Counted from the first letter of the stretch, positions 1 through 13,256 are shown. The stretch is 64,000 nt of DNA from Octopus vulgaris (GCA_951406725.2 OX597837.1:19530001-19594000), one strand, 5' to 3'. Notes: generated by a model not told the origin, from the sequence alone. Numbers and translations: made by a program.

Positions 1-170
1 GAGGAGGGGGTAAGTCCATTACGTCAACTGGTACTTATTTTATCGACCAGGAAAGAATAAAAGTCAAAGTTGATCTAGGCGAAATTTGAACTCAGAATGC
101 AAAGACAGACGAATTACTGCTAAGCGTTTTGCCCGGCGCGGTAACGATTCCGCCAGCTCACCACGTTCCT
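1..170 (-). mobile_element. SINE family A copy (tRNA-derived, Meta/MESC-like central domain)
   Basis: Reverse complement of the element at 9987-10217 (GAGCTGGCGGAATCGTTA...TCTGAGTTCAAATTTCGCC...GGTCGATAAAATAAGTACCAG). Confidence 0.8.
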
Positions 171-254
171 AATAATGAGCCTTCCCACCTTAATTATGAT
201 AATGGTGGATAGATATAAGTATTGTAGTGTGACTCGGAGCAGCAGAAAGAGAGA

Positions 255-900
255 GGTAGTAGTAGTGGTGTAGGTGGTGGTGGTGTATGGTGGTAATGAT
301 GGTAGTGATGGTGGTAGTAGTGGTGGTATTGTGCTGGTAGTGTCAGTAACAGTGTGGTGATGATGGTTTTGGTGATGCTAGCATTGGTAGTTGCTATGTT
401 GGTGTGTGTGTGTGTGTGTATGTGTGTGCGTGTGTGTTTGTGTTGGTGATGGCGGTAATAGTTGGTTGTAGTTTTGGTAGTGGTGGTTGTGGTGTTAGTA
501 GAGATTATACTGGTGGTAGTATTGGTATTGTTAATAGTGGTGGTGATGGTGGTGGTGGTGGTTGTGGGAATGAGACATGATGATCGAAAAGAAAAGGTAG
601 GAAGAGTAGGGTGTTGTGTGTGAGTCGGGGAGTGGTGGAGTGGCGCACGGTTCGTGATAAAGATGGTGGGGGAAAGGCTTTGTAAGGTGGAGAGATCGTG
701 ATGGAACTGGTGTGTTGGTGTGGTGATGATGGGGAGAGGGGTAACACTTGTGACAGTGGAGGCATTGGTGCTAGTGGGACTGTTGGTGGAGGTAACAGTG
801 GTGGTGATGGTAGTGGTGGTAGTGGTGGTGGTGGTAGTGTTGATTGTAGTGATGTTGACAATTGTCTTGATGGTCGTGGTATTGATGGTGGTGTAGGCAA
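255..900. repeat. Degenerate (GGT/GTA/GAT)n low-complexity tract with (TG)n
   Basis: Visible trinucleotide-rich sequence; explains the Pro-rich and Gly-rich ORFs at 505-904. Confidence 0.85.
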
Positions 901-1819
901 TTGAGCAGACTCATGCTGAAAGACATCCCAGCCATGACCATTCTGTCTTTATTTCTAGCAGTGTATCTAAGTTTACATTATTCAATATGGCTTTTCCATT
1001 GTTAAGTCACTGGTTCGAGATTTTATGGCAATTTGGCTGTCATTTCTAGCTAGTTAAGTCCACCTGAAGGCTCTCCCGTTGATTCTTTTAGTAGCCTTGA
1101 TTGCAGCAATGAGAATGGAAAGGGTCGTGGTGGTCGTGAGATCGGCCCGACATTGGTTTCCTTGTTGCATTGTACCCTGTTATGTTAATGAAATGATAAA
1201 TTTCAATAATATACATGTGCGTTGCGCGAAGTGTGTGGAAGTGTGTGTGTGTGTTTAATTTATGATTGAAAATGGTAAAATTTTCCGTATAAGGTATAAT
1301 ATATAAACCAAAAAAAAAAAAGATGAAAATGCACAATAAAGTTAGAACAATTTTTATTATCCTTTTCGATTAATAACATGCATCCTCATTTAGATATGCT
1401 AAATATTTCTACATTAAATGCCAACCGGTTTTACACTCAGGAAGTTAGTCAAGGAAAATGAGAACTTTAGGTTTTTAAGCAGTACACCGAGCAACGAAGG
1501 CTGAAAAGTAGACACATATGTAGTAATGAGAAACAGATTGACAGATAAATAGAAAGATGAAAGAGAGATGGATGAAGAATGAAGGTATCAGATTATAAGG
1601 CAAAGAGTGTTAAGTGAAGAACTTTGGCACTAGACAGGTTATAAATAATTAAGGGATTAGTGAGACCATTTAGTACAAGATAGAAAGAAAAGTATGTTGA
1701 TAAGTAGCAAGATTTAAGTGTCTCTGTACAGCATGCAAAGGTTCACATACACTTACCTTCTATTTAAAAGAGGGTGTAGTCATATACCCATATATACACA
1801 AGTCATTGATATGTTATAT

Positions 1820-1983
1820 AGGCGCAGGCGTGGCTGTGTGGTAAGAAACTTGCTTCCCAACCTCATGTTTCCGGGCTCAGTTCCAATGCATGGTTGCTTG
1901 GGCAAGTCTCTTCTATTATAGCTTCGCGACAACCAAAGTCTTGTGAGTGGATTTGGTAGACGAAAACTGAAAGAAGCCCTTCG

Positions 1984-2046
<63 letters not shown>

Positions 2047-2278
2047 GTATGTATGTATGTATCTATGTATCTATCTATCTTTGTGAGTGTGTATCTTTGT
2101 GTCTGAGTTTGTTCCTCGCTGCCGCTTGGCAGCCGGCGTTAGTTAGTTTGCGTTCCCATAACTTAGCGCTTCGACAAAAGATTCCGATAGAATAATACCA
2201 AGCTTTTAGAAAAATAAGTCCTGGGGTCCATTCATTCGATAAAAAATTCTTCAAGGAGTCTAAGAATTAAAACAATGG

Positions 2279-2281
<3 letters not shown>
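1820..2281 (+). mobile_element. SINE family B copy (tRNA head, CORE-like domain, internal microsatellite)
   Basis: Head AGGCGCAGGCGTGGCTGTGTGGTAAG, CORE-like CTTGGGCAAGT, GTGAGTGGATTTGGTAGACG, internal (TCTA)n/(TTTC)n/(GTAT)n, 3' part AATAAGTCCTGGGGTC. Confidence 0.85.
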
Positions 2282-2369
<88 letters not shown>

Positions 2370-2984
2370 GTATATATATATGTATAAAACTTCCACTTTT
2401 AAGTGGTGAATATTTTACCTCTGGGTATTAATACTGCCTCTGTCACTCTATTAATTTTTTTTTGATAAGCCCACTGGCCTTTAGCGACACCAGAGCCAGT
2501 TTTGGCTCTGTTATTTCTATGTATATCGTTAGCGCAGCAATTACTGCTACATCCACCCGTTTGGTATCTATCATTGAAAAGGCCAAATCAGGCCGAAATC
2601 ATGTGATCACGTAATCCGAGTGGCGGAAGTAGCGGTGATTGTCTGCCGCTGGCGATAGCTGTGATGTGCTTTTATGCACCATATGAGAATTTTTTCCCGT
2701 GGTAAATATTGCAGTATTTGTGTGCTCTAACGCAACTTCCACTGTTAAATGGTGAATTTTTTTTTCTCCATATATATAGACACATATGTAAGTTTAGAGA
2801 GATATATTATCCGGACGGACACCATGGTAGCTCTCTGTTATATTCAAGGTTACGACTAACAGCATCGATTAATATTTAACGTCTATGACTTCCAGTAGTT
2901 TCACACACGCTGCAAATTCCTCCAATATGAAATTGCGTGTTCGCTTCACTGGATGATAATATTATCGGGATTGCTGCATATTAT

Positions 2985-3035
<51 letters not shown>

Positions 3036-3038
<3 letters not shown>

Positions 3039-3333
3039 ACGTGATCACGTGACCGACCAGACCATCAGATGTTGTTACACATCGCTGGTCACAATGCGTT
3101 CGCATTGTTTTAGCCTTCGAATGACGCCACCCCGCTGGCTAAGCGAGCAGGCCAAGAGTGGGAGAAAGAGTGGTGAAAGAGTACAGCAGGGATCACCCCC
3201 CCCCCTGCCGGAGCCTCGTGGAGCTTTTAGGTGTTTTCGCTCAATAAACACTCACAACGCCCGGTCTGGGAATCGAGACCGCGATCCTACGACCACAAGT
3301 CCGCTTCCCTAACCACTGGGACATTGCGCCTCC
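3036..3333 (-). mobile_element. SINE family C (tRNA-derived head)
   Basis: Minus strand begins TGGAGGCGCAATGTCCCAGTGGTTAG (A box) and carries GGTCTCGATTCCC (B box); head similar to 54460-54767 and 47279-47545. Confidence 0.8.
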
Positions 3334-3539
3334 ACACACACACACACATACACACACACACACACACCCACACACACACACACCCACACACATATATATA
3401 TATCATTTTACTCTTTTACTTGTTTCAGTCATTTGACCGCGGTCATGCTGGGCACTAGCTTGAACAGTTTTACTCGAACAAATCGACCTCAAGACTTATT
3501 TTTTAAAGCCTGGTATTTATTCGTTTTCCGGGTTTTACT

Positions 3540-4910
3540 TTATAAAGATCTATTGATATTGCTCTTTCTGTTCTATTCATAAGAAGACTAAATGGAAATG
3601 CCCATTCAATCAGTATATTTTATTTTTCAATTCTTCCAATCTTTGACAATAATTTGTTGTATTTGACACAATTGTGCAAATCTTTTTAAAGTTGAAATGC
3701 AAGGCACTAAATATTTGTTTCTATTCTTCCGCATATTTTCCATAATTAAAATGTCTAGAAATGACAGTTCTTTCCAGTTTTCACTAAAATATAAGACGCG
3801 TTTTCAAATATTTAAGACGATACTTCGTACTTACGGTAATCCATCACTAAGTTGACATACAAAAGGGCAACTTTGATTCCCATTGCAGTCATTGATATTT
3901 TGCGGAACGCTAGTTTATCGAATATGAAGTCATTGTTTTGTAATACGAATCTTCGTCCATCAATGATAATTTTTTCTCAACTAGGTCTGGTCACTCAACT
4001 TGGTATGTATCAAGACTCTTTTTAATCGCATTACTTCCATAATCATGAGGAATATTGGTGCATAAATTAACAAAATCAAAGAAAAGAATCTTTGTATTCC
4101 GACTCAGTGTTTTCCTTGAGGGATTAACTATATCTAAAGATCATCACGGATAAAAGTTAAGTGAGTAACTGTATACAGAGATCATCTCGAATACAACCCT
4201 TTACGTGCTTTAAAAAAAGGTTTCGTAAGATATCCACAATTTTGCTTATAACCTGTGTATTTCATACGCAGGACTTGCTATAGTTGATCTCAATTTCAAA
4301 TCATCTGGAAGTGACTTTTTGATATACTTGGATATAAAGTTTTTCCAGACGTCACTTAAGTCTTTATTTTGTGTATTTTGGGCAAACGACAGAAATTACT
4401 GGTTTTGCATTTGAAATTGCTTATATCGTCAATTTTTTGTAGTGTCGAACGTTTGCGGTATTTATTCAGTAAAGTTGGGCGACTTCCCATTACCTTTGGT
4501 TGTTTATAGTTGTCTATTATTTCAGAGCAGTTATCATTTTCTAACATTTTATTTACAAATTCTCTGTGATACTGTGTATCCATGATAGCAACAGTATTAC
4601 CTTTATCGGCTTCTTCAATTGTAATTTCAGTGTCCATTCTTGTTTCGAGAAATTTGATATTATTCCTATTTAATTAACATTTCTATTCTCTTTCAATTGC
4701 ATGAGAATATTCGTAAAATGTTCGGAGAAAGTGTGAAGAGGTTTATTTTTTTCTTTCTTTGGGCAGATTTTATTTAATTTTTGCTTGTGATTCGTCGTCC
4801 CTATAATATTCTTCAAAACATGCTCGACTATTTTAACGGGAGAATGTGGAAATTTCAGCCCTTTCCTCAGTATGTTCACGTATATCATTTAATGTTTTCT
4901 CAGATAAATT
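3540..4910 (-). mobile_element. Decayed Penelope-like retroelement, reverse transcriptase region
   Basis: Minus-strand translation across frameshifts gives LRKGLKF, EEADKGNTVAIMD, FCRLPKIHK, FDFVNLCTNIPHDYG, FVLQNNDFIF...TAMGIKVALLYVNLVM and LSFLDI, the PLE RT motifs in the expected order. Confidence 0.88.
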
Positions 4911-5059
4911 ATTAACCTTTCGCTTCTCCTGATCGGTAGCCAACTTCCGTCCTCGTGTCTCTGGGTTCGGTCGAAAATACAACTGTTGCTTTCTTCATCT
5001 TTAACCTAAATTGTTCATCTACTCTGAATTCATTTAACGAATCTATCCAACGTTTTATG

Positions 5060-5204
5060 ACTGTGTGGAATGTGGTAAGAAGCTTGCTTCCCAACCACAT
5101 GGTTCCCGATGCATAGCACCTTGAGCAAGTTTCTTCTAGTATAGCCTCGGGCCGATAAAAGCCTTGTGAGTGGATTTGTAAACGGAAACTGAAAGAAGTC
5201 CGTC

Positions 5205-5254
<50 letters not shown>

Positions 5255-5435
5255 CTGCGTGTGTTTTTGAGTCTGTTTTGTCCCCCTCTCAACTGCTTGA
5301 CAATCGGTGTTAGTGAGTTTATATCTCCGCAACATAGCGGTTCGAGGGAATAAGTACCAAGCTTTACAAAAAAAAGTACTGAGATAGATACATGCCCCAG
5401 CATGGCCGCAGTTTAACGACTGAAACAAGTAATAG
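5060..5435 (+). mobile_element. SINE family B copy
   Basis: Same head, CORE-like and 3' segments as 46754-47153, with internal (TA)n. Confidence 0.8.
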
Positions 5436-5937
5436 GATGATTCCATGTAAAAAAATATAATATATTGAAATGAAATACATGCTTTTAGTCTTTATCTAAT
5501 AAGGATTACAATCATTCTTTAAACGTTATTCTTTACTGGCTTCACACTATTTGCATATCTGTCCCAGTCCGACGGTTCATTTAATTTCAACGTATGTCGA
5601 ATACACGGTATCTAAAAGACGTTATAATAGCAAAATATCCATATCTATCATTCCTGCTCACCGTGAGGTGAGTTTTCTCGCCTGGTCTGGGACATTTAAC
5701 GCTCAACGTCGTGTCGAAAGCTTTCTCAGGAAGCTATCCCTCAGCATATTGGCAGATAAACAAAACACACAATGTATGTATAATAATATTACCCTCTTCT
5801 CTCCCCCCTCTCTCTCTATGTTATATATATATAATTAATAATATCAAAGGGTAATCAGAAATATTTGAAATTTCCATTAACAGTGCCCTAGCGTGTAAAA
5901 ATTTAGTCAATAGACTATATATTATTCATATAAATAG

Positions 5938-6178
5938 AGTGTACATTTAAACACATAAGAGGCATCCATCATATAACTTCTTGCACGGTAGAGAGAACAG
6001 TTAAATTCCAAACCACTATTAGGGATAAAATTTCGAAGGGAACGAAAAATAGATAGTAAATGGTTTTATTTTTCATTCCCTTCGAAATTTTATCCCTAAT
6101 AATGGTTTGGAGTTTAATTGTTCTGTCTAGCGTGCAAGGAGTCCTATGATGGATGATTCTTATGTGTTTAAACGTACA

Positions 6179-6180
<2 letters not shown>
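5938..6180. mobile_element. Foldback MITE (about 114 bp inverted arms, about 15 nt spacer)
   Basis: Ends AGTGTACATTTAAACACATAAGA and TCTTATGTGTTTAAACGTACACT; perfect 25 bp inner pair ATTAGGGATAAAATTTCGAAGGGAA / TTCCCTTCGAAATTTTATCCCTAAT; TA at or near both ends. Confidence 0.88.
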
Positions 6181-6256
<76 letters not shown>

Positions 6257-6750
6257 CGTATCAATAAAACCAGCCAGCGATGAAGAATTCTTCATTCTTT
6301 ACGTCAGATATTTTGTAAAACAAAAAATTTTTCTTTCCATTTATTTTTATCTTACTCTTTTAAAAAAAAAGACTTCATCGTATATTACTGAACTTACTGT
6401 CATATACGTCTCTTATGAATTTCGTCGAACATTTAAATCTATATAACTCTCTATTTCTGTTAAACTCATTGGAATTTGTATGAACATTTGATCGTTTAAA
6501 CATGTTTCTCCGAATGCTCCCTTGAAACTTTAAACTATCTGAAACCTTTTCTCTTGTATATACATTTAAATTTTTTTTCTTTTGATAAACAAGAAAATTG
6601 TCGAAACTTGTTTCGTATTTGAATAAATCTATTATAAAATTTTAAAACGACTAAACGCTTCTAGATTCAGGTGCGTTTTCAAACCCCAAAACAAATTCTC
6701 TGACACATACATATACATACATTCATACATACATACATACATACACACAT

Positions 6751-6818
<68 letters not shown>

Positions 6819-7654
6819 CTATATTTATACTTGGGGCGGGTCATCCTTATTTTTTGCCAATTAGGTACACGCATTATTTATTCGGGCTTCACTTTAGTTT
6901 TCCTTCGTATTATATTTAGTATATGTATGTATGTATGTGTGTATATTTGATTCTCAATAGTATACATGAATGATATACACACATATATTAATATATACAT
7001 AGAGCCTTGTATACAGTGTTATGTATAACTCACTCTAAACTGGAAAAAAATAAAAAGAACAAAAAAATACCACGCGCACCTATTTACGTACGCACCCCCT
7101 CAAACACATGCACATAAACCGACTCACACACACGCACGCACTCACTCTCTCTCTCACACACACACACACACACAAATGCGAAAACAGAAATGCAGACAGA
7201 CATGCAGTTTTGCATGCAAACAGACAAGCAAACAGAAACACCAACAGACAGACAGACAGACAGACGCGCAGGCAGCCAGGCAAGCAGACAGGCAGACGGA
7301 CAGGCAAGCGGACAGACAGACAAACAGCGAGATAGATAGCGGGATGGGGTCTCTGATAAAATGGTGGGAATATGTCCGATCAAAAACAAAAGACAAGTGT
7401 AAAAGTTGTTTGTGTTGGTATAAGTCGACCATCTGCCAACTGGAAGGATTTTTCCATTTACCAAACAGATGTAAAAGATGCAAAGATACAAAAGATGTTT
7501 GTTGCAACTTTGCTCAATGATGGCTGCTTATGCTCTTACTTTGATCATTCACACATACCAAACCTTCATTCCGCAAACACACAGCCACCGTTCCTTCAGC
7601 GTTTCGTTGCCATTTTTGTTATTACCGTTGTTTTTGTTTTTCTTTCTTCTTCCT

Positions 7655-7850
7655 TTCTTCTTCTTCTTCTTCTTCTTCTTCTTCTTCTTCTTCTTCTTCT
7701 TCTTCTTCTTCTTCTTCTTCTTCTTCTTTCTTCTTCTTCTTCTTCTTCTTCTTCTTCTTCTTCTTCTTCTTCTTCTTCTTCTTCTTCTTCTTCTTCTTCT
7801 TCTTTTCTTCTTGTTCTTCTCCTCCTCTTCTTCTTCCTCCTCCTCCTCTC
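7655..7850. repeat. (CTT)n microsatellite, with a (CCA)n tract following at about 7928-7968
   Basis: Direct reading. Confidence 0.95.
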
Positions 7851-8016
7851 AGTACTTCTACGTCTTTTTTCTTCACCACCAACAGCAACCATCAGAACCA
7901 ACCAACCAGGCAACCACCGAGCCAATGCCACCACCACCACCACCACCACCACCACCACCACCACCACCATTACGCTGCCGCCGCCATATTTCCATCACCA
8001 CTTATTAACTACTTAG

Positions 8017-8032
8017 AACATAGAGGGCGCTA
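8017..8032 (+). promoter_or_regulatory. CTCF-like motif
   Basis: AACATAGAGGGCGCTA matches the 3' part of the CTCF core (YAGRKGGCRS) in unique sequence; 5' CC mismatched. Confidence 0.3.
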
Positions 8033-8634
8033 CAACCTTTCCGACAAAGGTGCAATTCGTGCCTTTTTTTTCCCTCTTCTTCTTTTCTCTTTCCCTTTAT
8101 CTTTTATTTCTACATTTACAAGTTGAGTGTTTTGTTTATACGAGAACCTTTCAGTTCGTGTGTGCGTATTCCATGTACGTATGCGTATGTGTGTTTGCCT
8201 ATCTGTGCACATCAGTTTGTGCGTCTGCGTACGAGGCTGTGGATATCACGTGTTTGTGCATCTATGTATGTACACATATTTGTCTTTGTATGTGCGTGCA
8301 TGCCTGTTTGTGCGTGTGTGTGTGTGTGTATGTGTGTGAAAGTTCGTGTTTTGGGTTTTGGATTGTGTGTGTTGGTTTGAACGCGCACGCGCATGTAATA
8401 GCTGTTATTCCGTTAAATGTTTATGCGTGTTAGTGTATGCACACATGCATACATGCATACCTACACGCGGGCATATACACATGCGTATCTACAAACAGCT
8501 ATATAGTTATACATGCATAGACGACTATACGTACGTTCACACACATACATAGATGCATATATGAATAACAATATATAAATATATATATATATATATATAT
8601 GTCTGTGTGTGTATGTGTGTGTGAGTGTGTATAT

Positions 8635-8683
<49 letters not shown>

Positions 8684-8770
8684 CATTCATGCGTGCGTAT
8701 ATACATATGTACATATATATATACATATATATACGTATGTGTAACTGTATTATATAAATATATATGTATG

Positions 8771-8837
<67 letters not shown>

Positions 8838-9131
8838 GTATACATACATATAGATAGATATATAAATATGTAGATCGATAGATAGACAGACAGAAATATA
8901 ACTATAAAAATATATGCGTATGTGTGTATGTGTATGTGTGTGTGTGTGTGCGCGCGCGTATGTGTGTGAATGTGTGTGTATGTGTGTATGTGTGTATGTC
9001 TGCTATTGCTAAACACATATAATGCTGTTGTGTACGTGCTTATATATTATGTTTATATGTGTTTATCTATATGACATTCCTGTCTATATACGCGCACGCA
9101 AACACACATCTATATATCTCTTTCTATCTTT

Positions 9132-9179
<48 letters not shown>

Positions 9180-9358
9180 CATACACATGCGCACACACAC
9201 ACACATACACATATAAATGTAGGTGTGTATATGCGTGGTCAGCAATCATAGGGGAGACAATCCTCCCTATATTAAGTCAAGATGTCGTGGGTTTCGATAT
9301 TTGAAATTTAAATGAAACACATCTGTTTAATATATCCCGGCAGAGACTTTAGAAACTA

Positions 9359-9578
9359 CCCTTTCGTTACTGTATTTATTTTGAGATGCTCTGTGTTTCT
9401 TTGAATTATTTAAGATATAACAAAGAATTTAGTAAAATTACTTAGTTATCATTCAGATAGTGTTACAAATATAAATTGTGACTAAGGTTTGGTGGAAGAT
9501 TTTAATTCAAAACTTATAAAAACAAGACAGTTGTACTCAGAGCCAGAGCCGGTTTCAGCCGGGTTGGTAGCGAAAGGG
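9359..9578. mobile_element. piggyBac-type MITE
   Basis: TIRs CCCTTTCGTTAC / GTAGCGAAAGGG; TTAA on the right flank, left flank decayed to ACTA; no ORF. Confidence 0.7.
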
Positions 9579-9986
9579 TTAACTACTTTAAATTTCACTT
9601 CGGTTCCTAATTCTCGCTGTATTTTGCATAAATACTTGTTAGCTATTTAATGACTCGGAAACTAGTGCCTGATATGCAAATTCGTTTAAACATTACGATT
9701 AAGTTGTATTTTTTTCTTGATTTAAATTACGAACACTCTACCGTTTTCTTCGTTCGGCAAATAGCTGAGGAAACATTTATGCTAGGATAAATAATTAAAT
9801 CACTAATTAATGTCTCAACTCAATCTCTTATATTCTTCTCTATGTTAATAGTATAACAAATATACTTACAGTTGTTCATAGTCACACCGAGAAGATTTAC
9901 AAGACAACGTCTAATTATTGTTATACTTGGGGACTGACATATTTTGTCAATTAAACACACGGACTATATGTTTGATCTTTATGCAA

Positions 9987-10217
9987 GGCAGCGAGCTGGC
10001 AGAACCGTTAGCACGCCGGGCGAAATGTGTAGCCGTATTTCGTCTGCCGTTACGTCCTGAGTTCAAATTCCGCCGAGGTCGACTTTTCCTTTCACCCTTT
10101 CGGGGTCGATAAATTAAGTACCAGTTACGCACTGGGTCGATGTAATCGACTTAATCCATTTGTCTGTCCTTGTTTGTCCCCTCTATTTTTAGCCCCTTGT
10201 GGGTAATAAAGAAACAT
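9987..10217 (+). mobile_element. SINE family A, full-length reference copy
   Basis: A box TGGCAGAACCG, B box GAGTTCAAATTCC, central CCTTTCACCCTTTCGGGGTCGATAAATTAAGTACCAG, A-rich end. Other copies at about 24270-24560, 25735-26350 (three in tandem), 39715-39875(-), 41140-41342(-), 41430-41630(-), 45420-45625(-), 47680-47920, 48998-49180 and 53280-53380(-). Confidence 0.88.
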
Positions 10218-10240
10218 ATATATTTGGTCTTTATTTCAGC

Positions 10241-10299
<59 letters not shown>

Positions 10300-10534
10300 C
10301 TTAATTTCTTTGTCGAATCTCTTCCGTCACACATCCTGTGACCACTTTAGCAACTCTTTATCCCACGTGTATCCTCTAGTTTTGCTTCATCCATTTTCTT
10401 GGACTAAAACAAAACGGAAATTTGATTAGTTTCAGCTTTAATCAGCGAGAGTAGGATCGCATGGATGTGCAGCCCAAACGGGCAAAATCTCTTTTTCTTC
10501 AGGATAATTTTTATACTATTTTCACCTTATATAT

Positions 10535-10912
10535 CTTTTACTTGTTTCAGTCATTAGACTGCAGCCATGCTGGAGCATCACCTTTTAAGAGCTTTTAGAT
10601 GAGTGTAACGATCCCAGTGCTTACTATTTTAAAGCCTGGAATTTATTATATCGGTTTCTTTTCCCGAACAGCTAAGTTATAGGGACATAAACCCGACAGT
10701 ACCAGTTGTCAAGCTGTGGCGTGGCGAATAAACATAGGCAAAAACACACACACACACGCATAATGTATGTATTTACATATATACGAAAGGCTTCTTTCAG
10801 TTTCACAAGGCTTTGGTCGGCCCAAGGCTATAGTAAAAGATGCTTGCCTAAGGTGCCACGCAGTGGGACTGAACCATGAACAATATGGTTGGGAAGCATA
10901 TAACCTGCGCCT
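10535..10912 (-). mobile_element. SINE family B copy
   Basis: Plus strand reads TCTTTTACTTGTTTCAGTCATTAGACTGCAGCCATGCTGGAGCA...AAGGTGCCACGCAGTGGGACTGAACC. Further decayed copies at about 14710-15050(-), 15375-15662(-), 20935-21180(-), 31610-31815, 36670-37003, 49870-50240(-), 55320-55545(-), 58250-58670 and 63650-63875. Confidence 0.8.
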
Positions 10913-11594
10913 ATATAGTTCAGAAACTATGATAATTCTTAGTCTCTCGCAAGAATAAAATTTTCAAAAAGTCCCGTAAACTAGTCACTTTTCCTTGATG
11001 ATGGCCATATTAAGGTAAAATGTTTGAAGCATCAGTTGATGATATCTGCTGTTCTCTATTGAAATATCAAGTGATTATAACCACCGCTTGAGGCTTAGAT
11101 TTATCTCAGGTTTCTAATACCCACTATTAATTAATTATTTAGTCGTGGCACCGAACAGCTTCGGAGATGAATCATATCGCCAGTGCTTGACTTATATGCA
11201 TATAACATGAAAACTATGTGTTGATATGCCCCGCTAGATATTATTGTGTAGGAACACAAGGAATAGATATGTTCTGTTGTGGAAAAAAAAATATTTTTCC
11301 GGTGAAATCGCATGTAATGTTACATTTCGAGGTCACACGAAAAAGGCAGATATGTCTGTTAAAAAGTTCACTTAATTTATTCAGCACAGAGTGGATGGAA
11401 CTATTCAAAGTATGGAATATGCCCATAAATATTTTATGTGGAAATATAGTCGGTTCAGACTAAGGGACGAGAGCAACTGGGAGACTGAAGCAAAATATTG
11501 CAGTAAAACAGAGTGGAACATCTACATGTAAAGCCAAAACGAAATGAAAAACTGCTCGCGATAAAAAGTAAATATTATTCATAAGTAGATGTTT

Positions 11595-12600
11595 TGTGGT
11601 CGAGACGACATATCGATTTCGCTGGTCCTTTAAATGGTTCTTACTACTTAGTGGTAGTTGATAGTTTCTCGTAGTGAACAGAAATTTGTAAGTGTAAAAA
11701 AACCAACTCCCTCAACTGTGATAACATTTTTACACGAATTGTTTGCAAGGCTTGGCATCCCAGATAAGATAGTGTCTGATAATGGAACGCAATTTGTGTC
11801 TAGCGAACTTGACAAAAAATTGTGAAACGTTCGCGGTAGAACATATAACTACGGCGCCATACTATCCCAGATCTAATGGACAGGCAGTACATTTTGTAGA
11901 TACTTTCAAAAGAGCACATAGAAAATTGAATAAGGAAGTCACGGATGGAGTAGCTCTACAAACATTTTTAAGAGTGTACCATGTGACAACAAATCCGAAT
12001 ACTCCAGCGGGGAGATCACCAGCAGAGCTGATGCTTGCAAGGAAAGTAAAATCAGTCTTTGATAAATTGCTACTTGGCAAGAAAAGAAAAAGTGCCAAGG
12101 AAGACATAGCAAAATTCTTTAAAGTGGGTGAAAATGTGAATACGAATGCATACAAGAATAGAGGGAAGATGGCGTAATTACCAAATGCATAGGTAAAATG
12201 ATGCATTGGATAAAATGTAGAAAATGCATACAAAAAAGACACAGAAACCAACTGAAAAAGAGATTCATGGAAAGCGAACCAAAGAAGGTGGGGGAACCGA
12301 TGGATGGGTTGTACAATATGTTCCAAGTACCTGGGGGAACCGATGGATGGGTTGTACAATATGTTCCAAGTACCTGGGGGAACCGATGGATGGGTTGTAC
12401 AATATGTTCCAAGTACCTGGGGGAACCGATGGATGGGTTGTACAATATGTTCCAAGTACCTGGGGGAACCGATGGATGGGTTGTACAATATGTTCCAAGT
12501 ACCAACGCCACTGCAGGTGATTGAACTCAGGTGTACAAGTGAGAGGGAAAGAAAACGTACAGAGTTCCTGAAAATGGATATCAAGCGCAAAATATATTAA
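11595..12600 (+). mobile_element. Decayed Ty3/Gypsy integrase region
   Basis: HIDFAGPLNGSYYLVVVDSFS, LHELFARLGIPDKIVSDNGTQF, HITTAPYYPRSNGQAVHFVDTFKRA and TPAGRSPAELM; contains stops and frameshifts. Confidence 0.92.
12289..12503 (+). repeat. Perfect 43 bp minisatellite, 5 copies
   Basis: Unit TGGGGGAACCGATGGATGGGTTGTACAATATGTTCCAAGTACC starting at 12289, 12332, 12375, 12418 and 12461; no spacers. Confidence 0.97.
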
Positions 12601-12690
12601 ATTGTACGAAAAAATACCTCATAAAAAGGAGGTGGGTGCCAATAAAAGAAAATTATCGCTAAATAAAATGACATTTCTTAAGAAAATCTT

Positions 12691-12937
12691 GAAAGGGGAG
12701 ATGTTGTAGGGAATTAGTAATAATGGTGCACCTCTCCTATGTGACGAAGGGGATAACCTGGTCCCTATAAGTAAAGGGAGTTGGCGGCCAGCGATAGTTG
12801 TGTCTTTACTGGTTTTAGTAAGTAGACTGTACACCAAAGAAAGTGGGCGTTTTATCAATCCAACATTTCAAGGATTATAACCCAAAACAAGGTGCTTTCC
12901 TTCACAACCTTGCTACCAAGGAGGTGGACGATCAACA
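12691..12937 (+). mobile_element. Polypurine tract and probable 3' LTR of the Gypsy remnant
   Basis: GAAAGGGGAGA immediately followed by TGTTG at 12702; matching CAACA ends at 12865 or 12937 (right boundary ambiguous). Confidence 0.65.
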
Positions 12938-12979
12938 TGTATTCTAAATTAAAAGGAGAACGAGGACATGCATGCATTA

Positions 12980-13256
12980 ATACATACATACGTACATACA
13001 TACATACATACATACATACATACATGCATACATACACATACATAAATACATACATACGTACATACATACATACATACATACATGCATGCATACATACATA
13101 CATGCATACATACATACATAAATACATACATACGTACATACATACATACGTACATACATACATACATACATACGTACGTACGTACATACATACATACATA
13201 CATACATACATACATACATACATACATACATACATACATACATAAATACATACATA
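12980..13256. repeat. (TACA)n microsatellite
   Basis: Direct reading; similar tracts at 13586-13721, 35285-35458, 51847-51945 and 58059-58250. Confidence 0.95.

Noticed and set aside
4845-4872. Minus-strand CTGAGGA...GAAA
   Set aside because: It is coding sequence of the PLE N-terminus (LRKGLKF) and has no stems.
7084-7520. Overlapping Cys-rich ORFs on both strands
   Set aside because: Largely (CAGA)n/(CA)n-derived; the unique part shows no recognisable family.
7372-8016. Long ORFs with poly-L/S/F/E/K/T, and the many YI, CV, HT, MYVC and poly-I ORFs across the window
   Set aside because: They are translations of microsatellites that lack stops in some frames; no domain content.
9987-10075. 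tRNA genes (also the heads at 3333, 47545 and 54767)
   Set aside because: A and B boxes are present, but they continue into SINE bodies and I could not fold a full cloverleaf.
12289-12503. CRISPR-like array
   Set aside because: Units are contiguous with no unique spacers, there are no cas genes and the context is eukaryotic.
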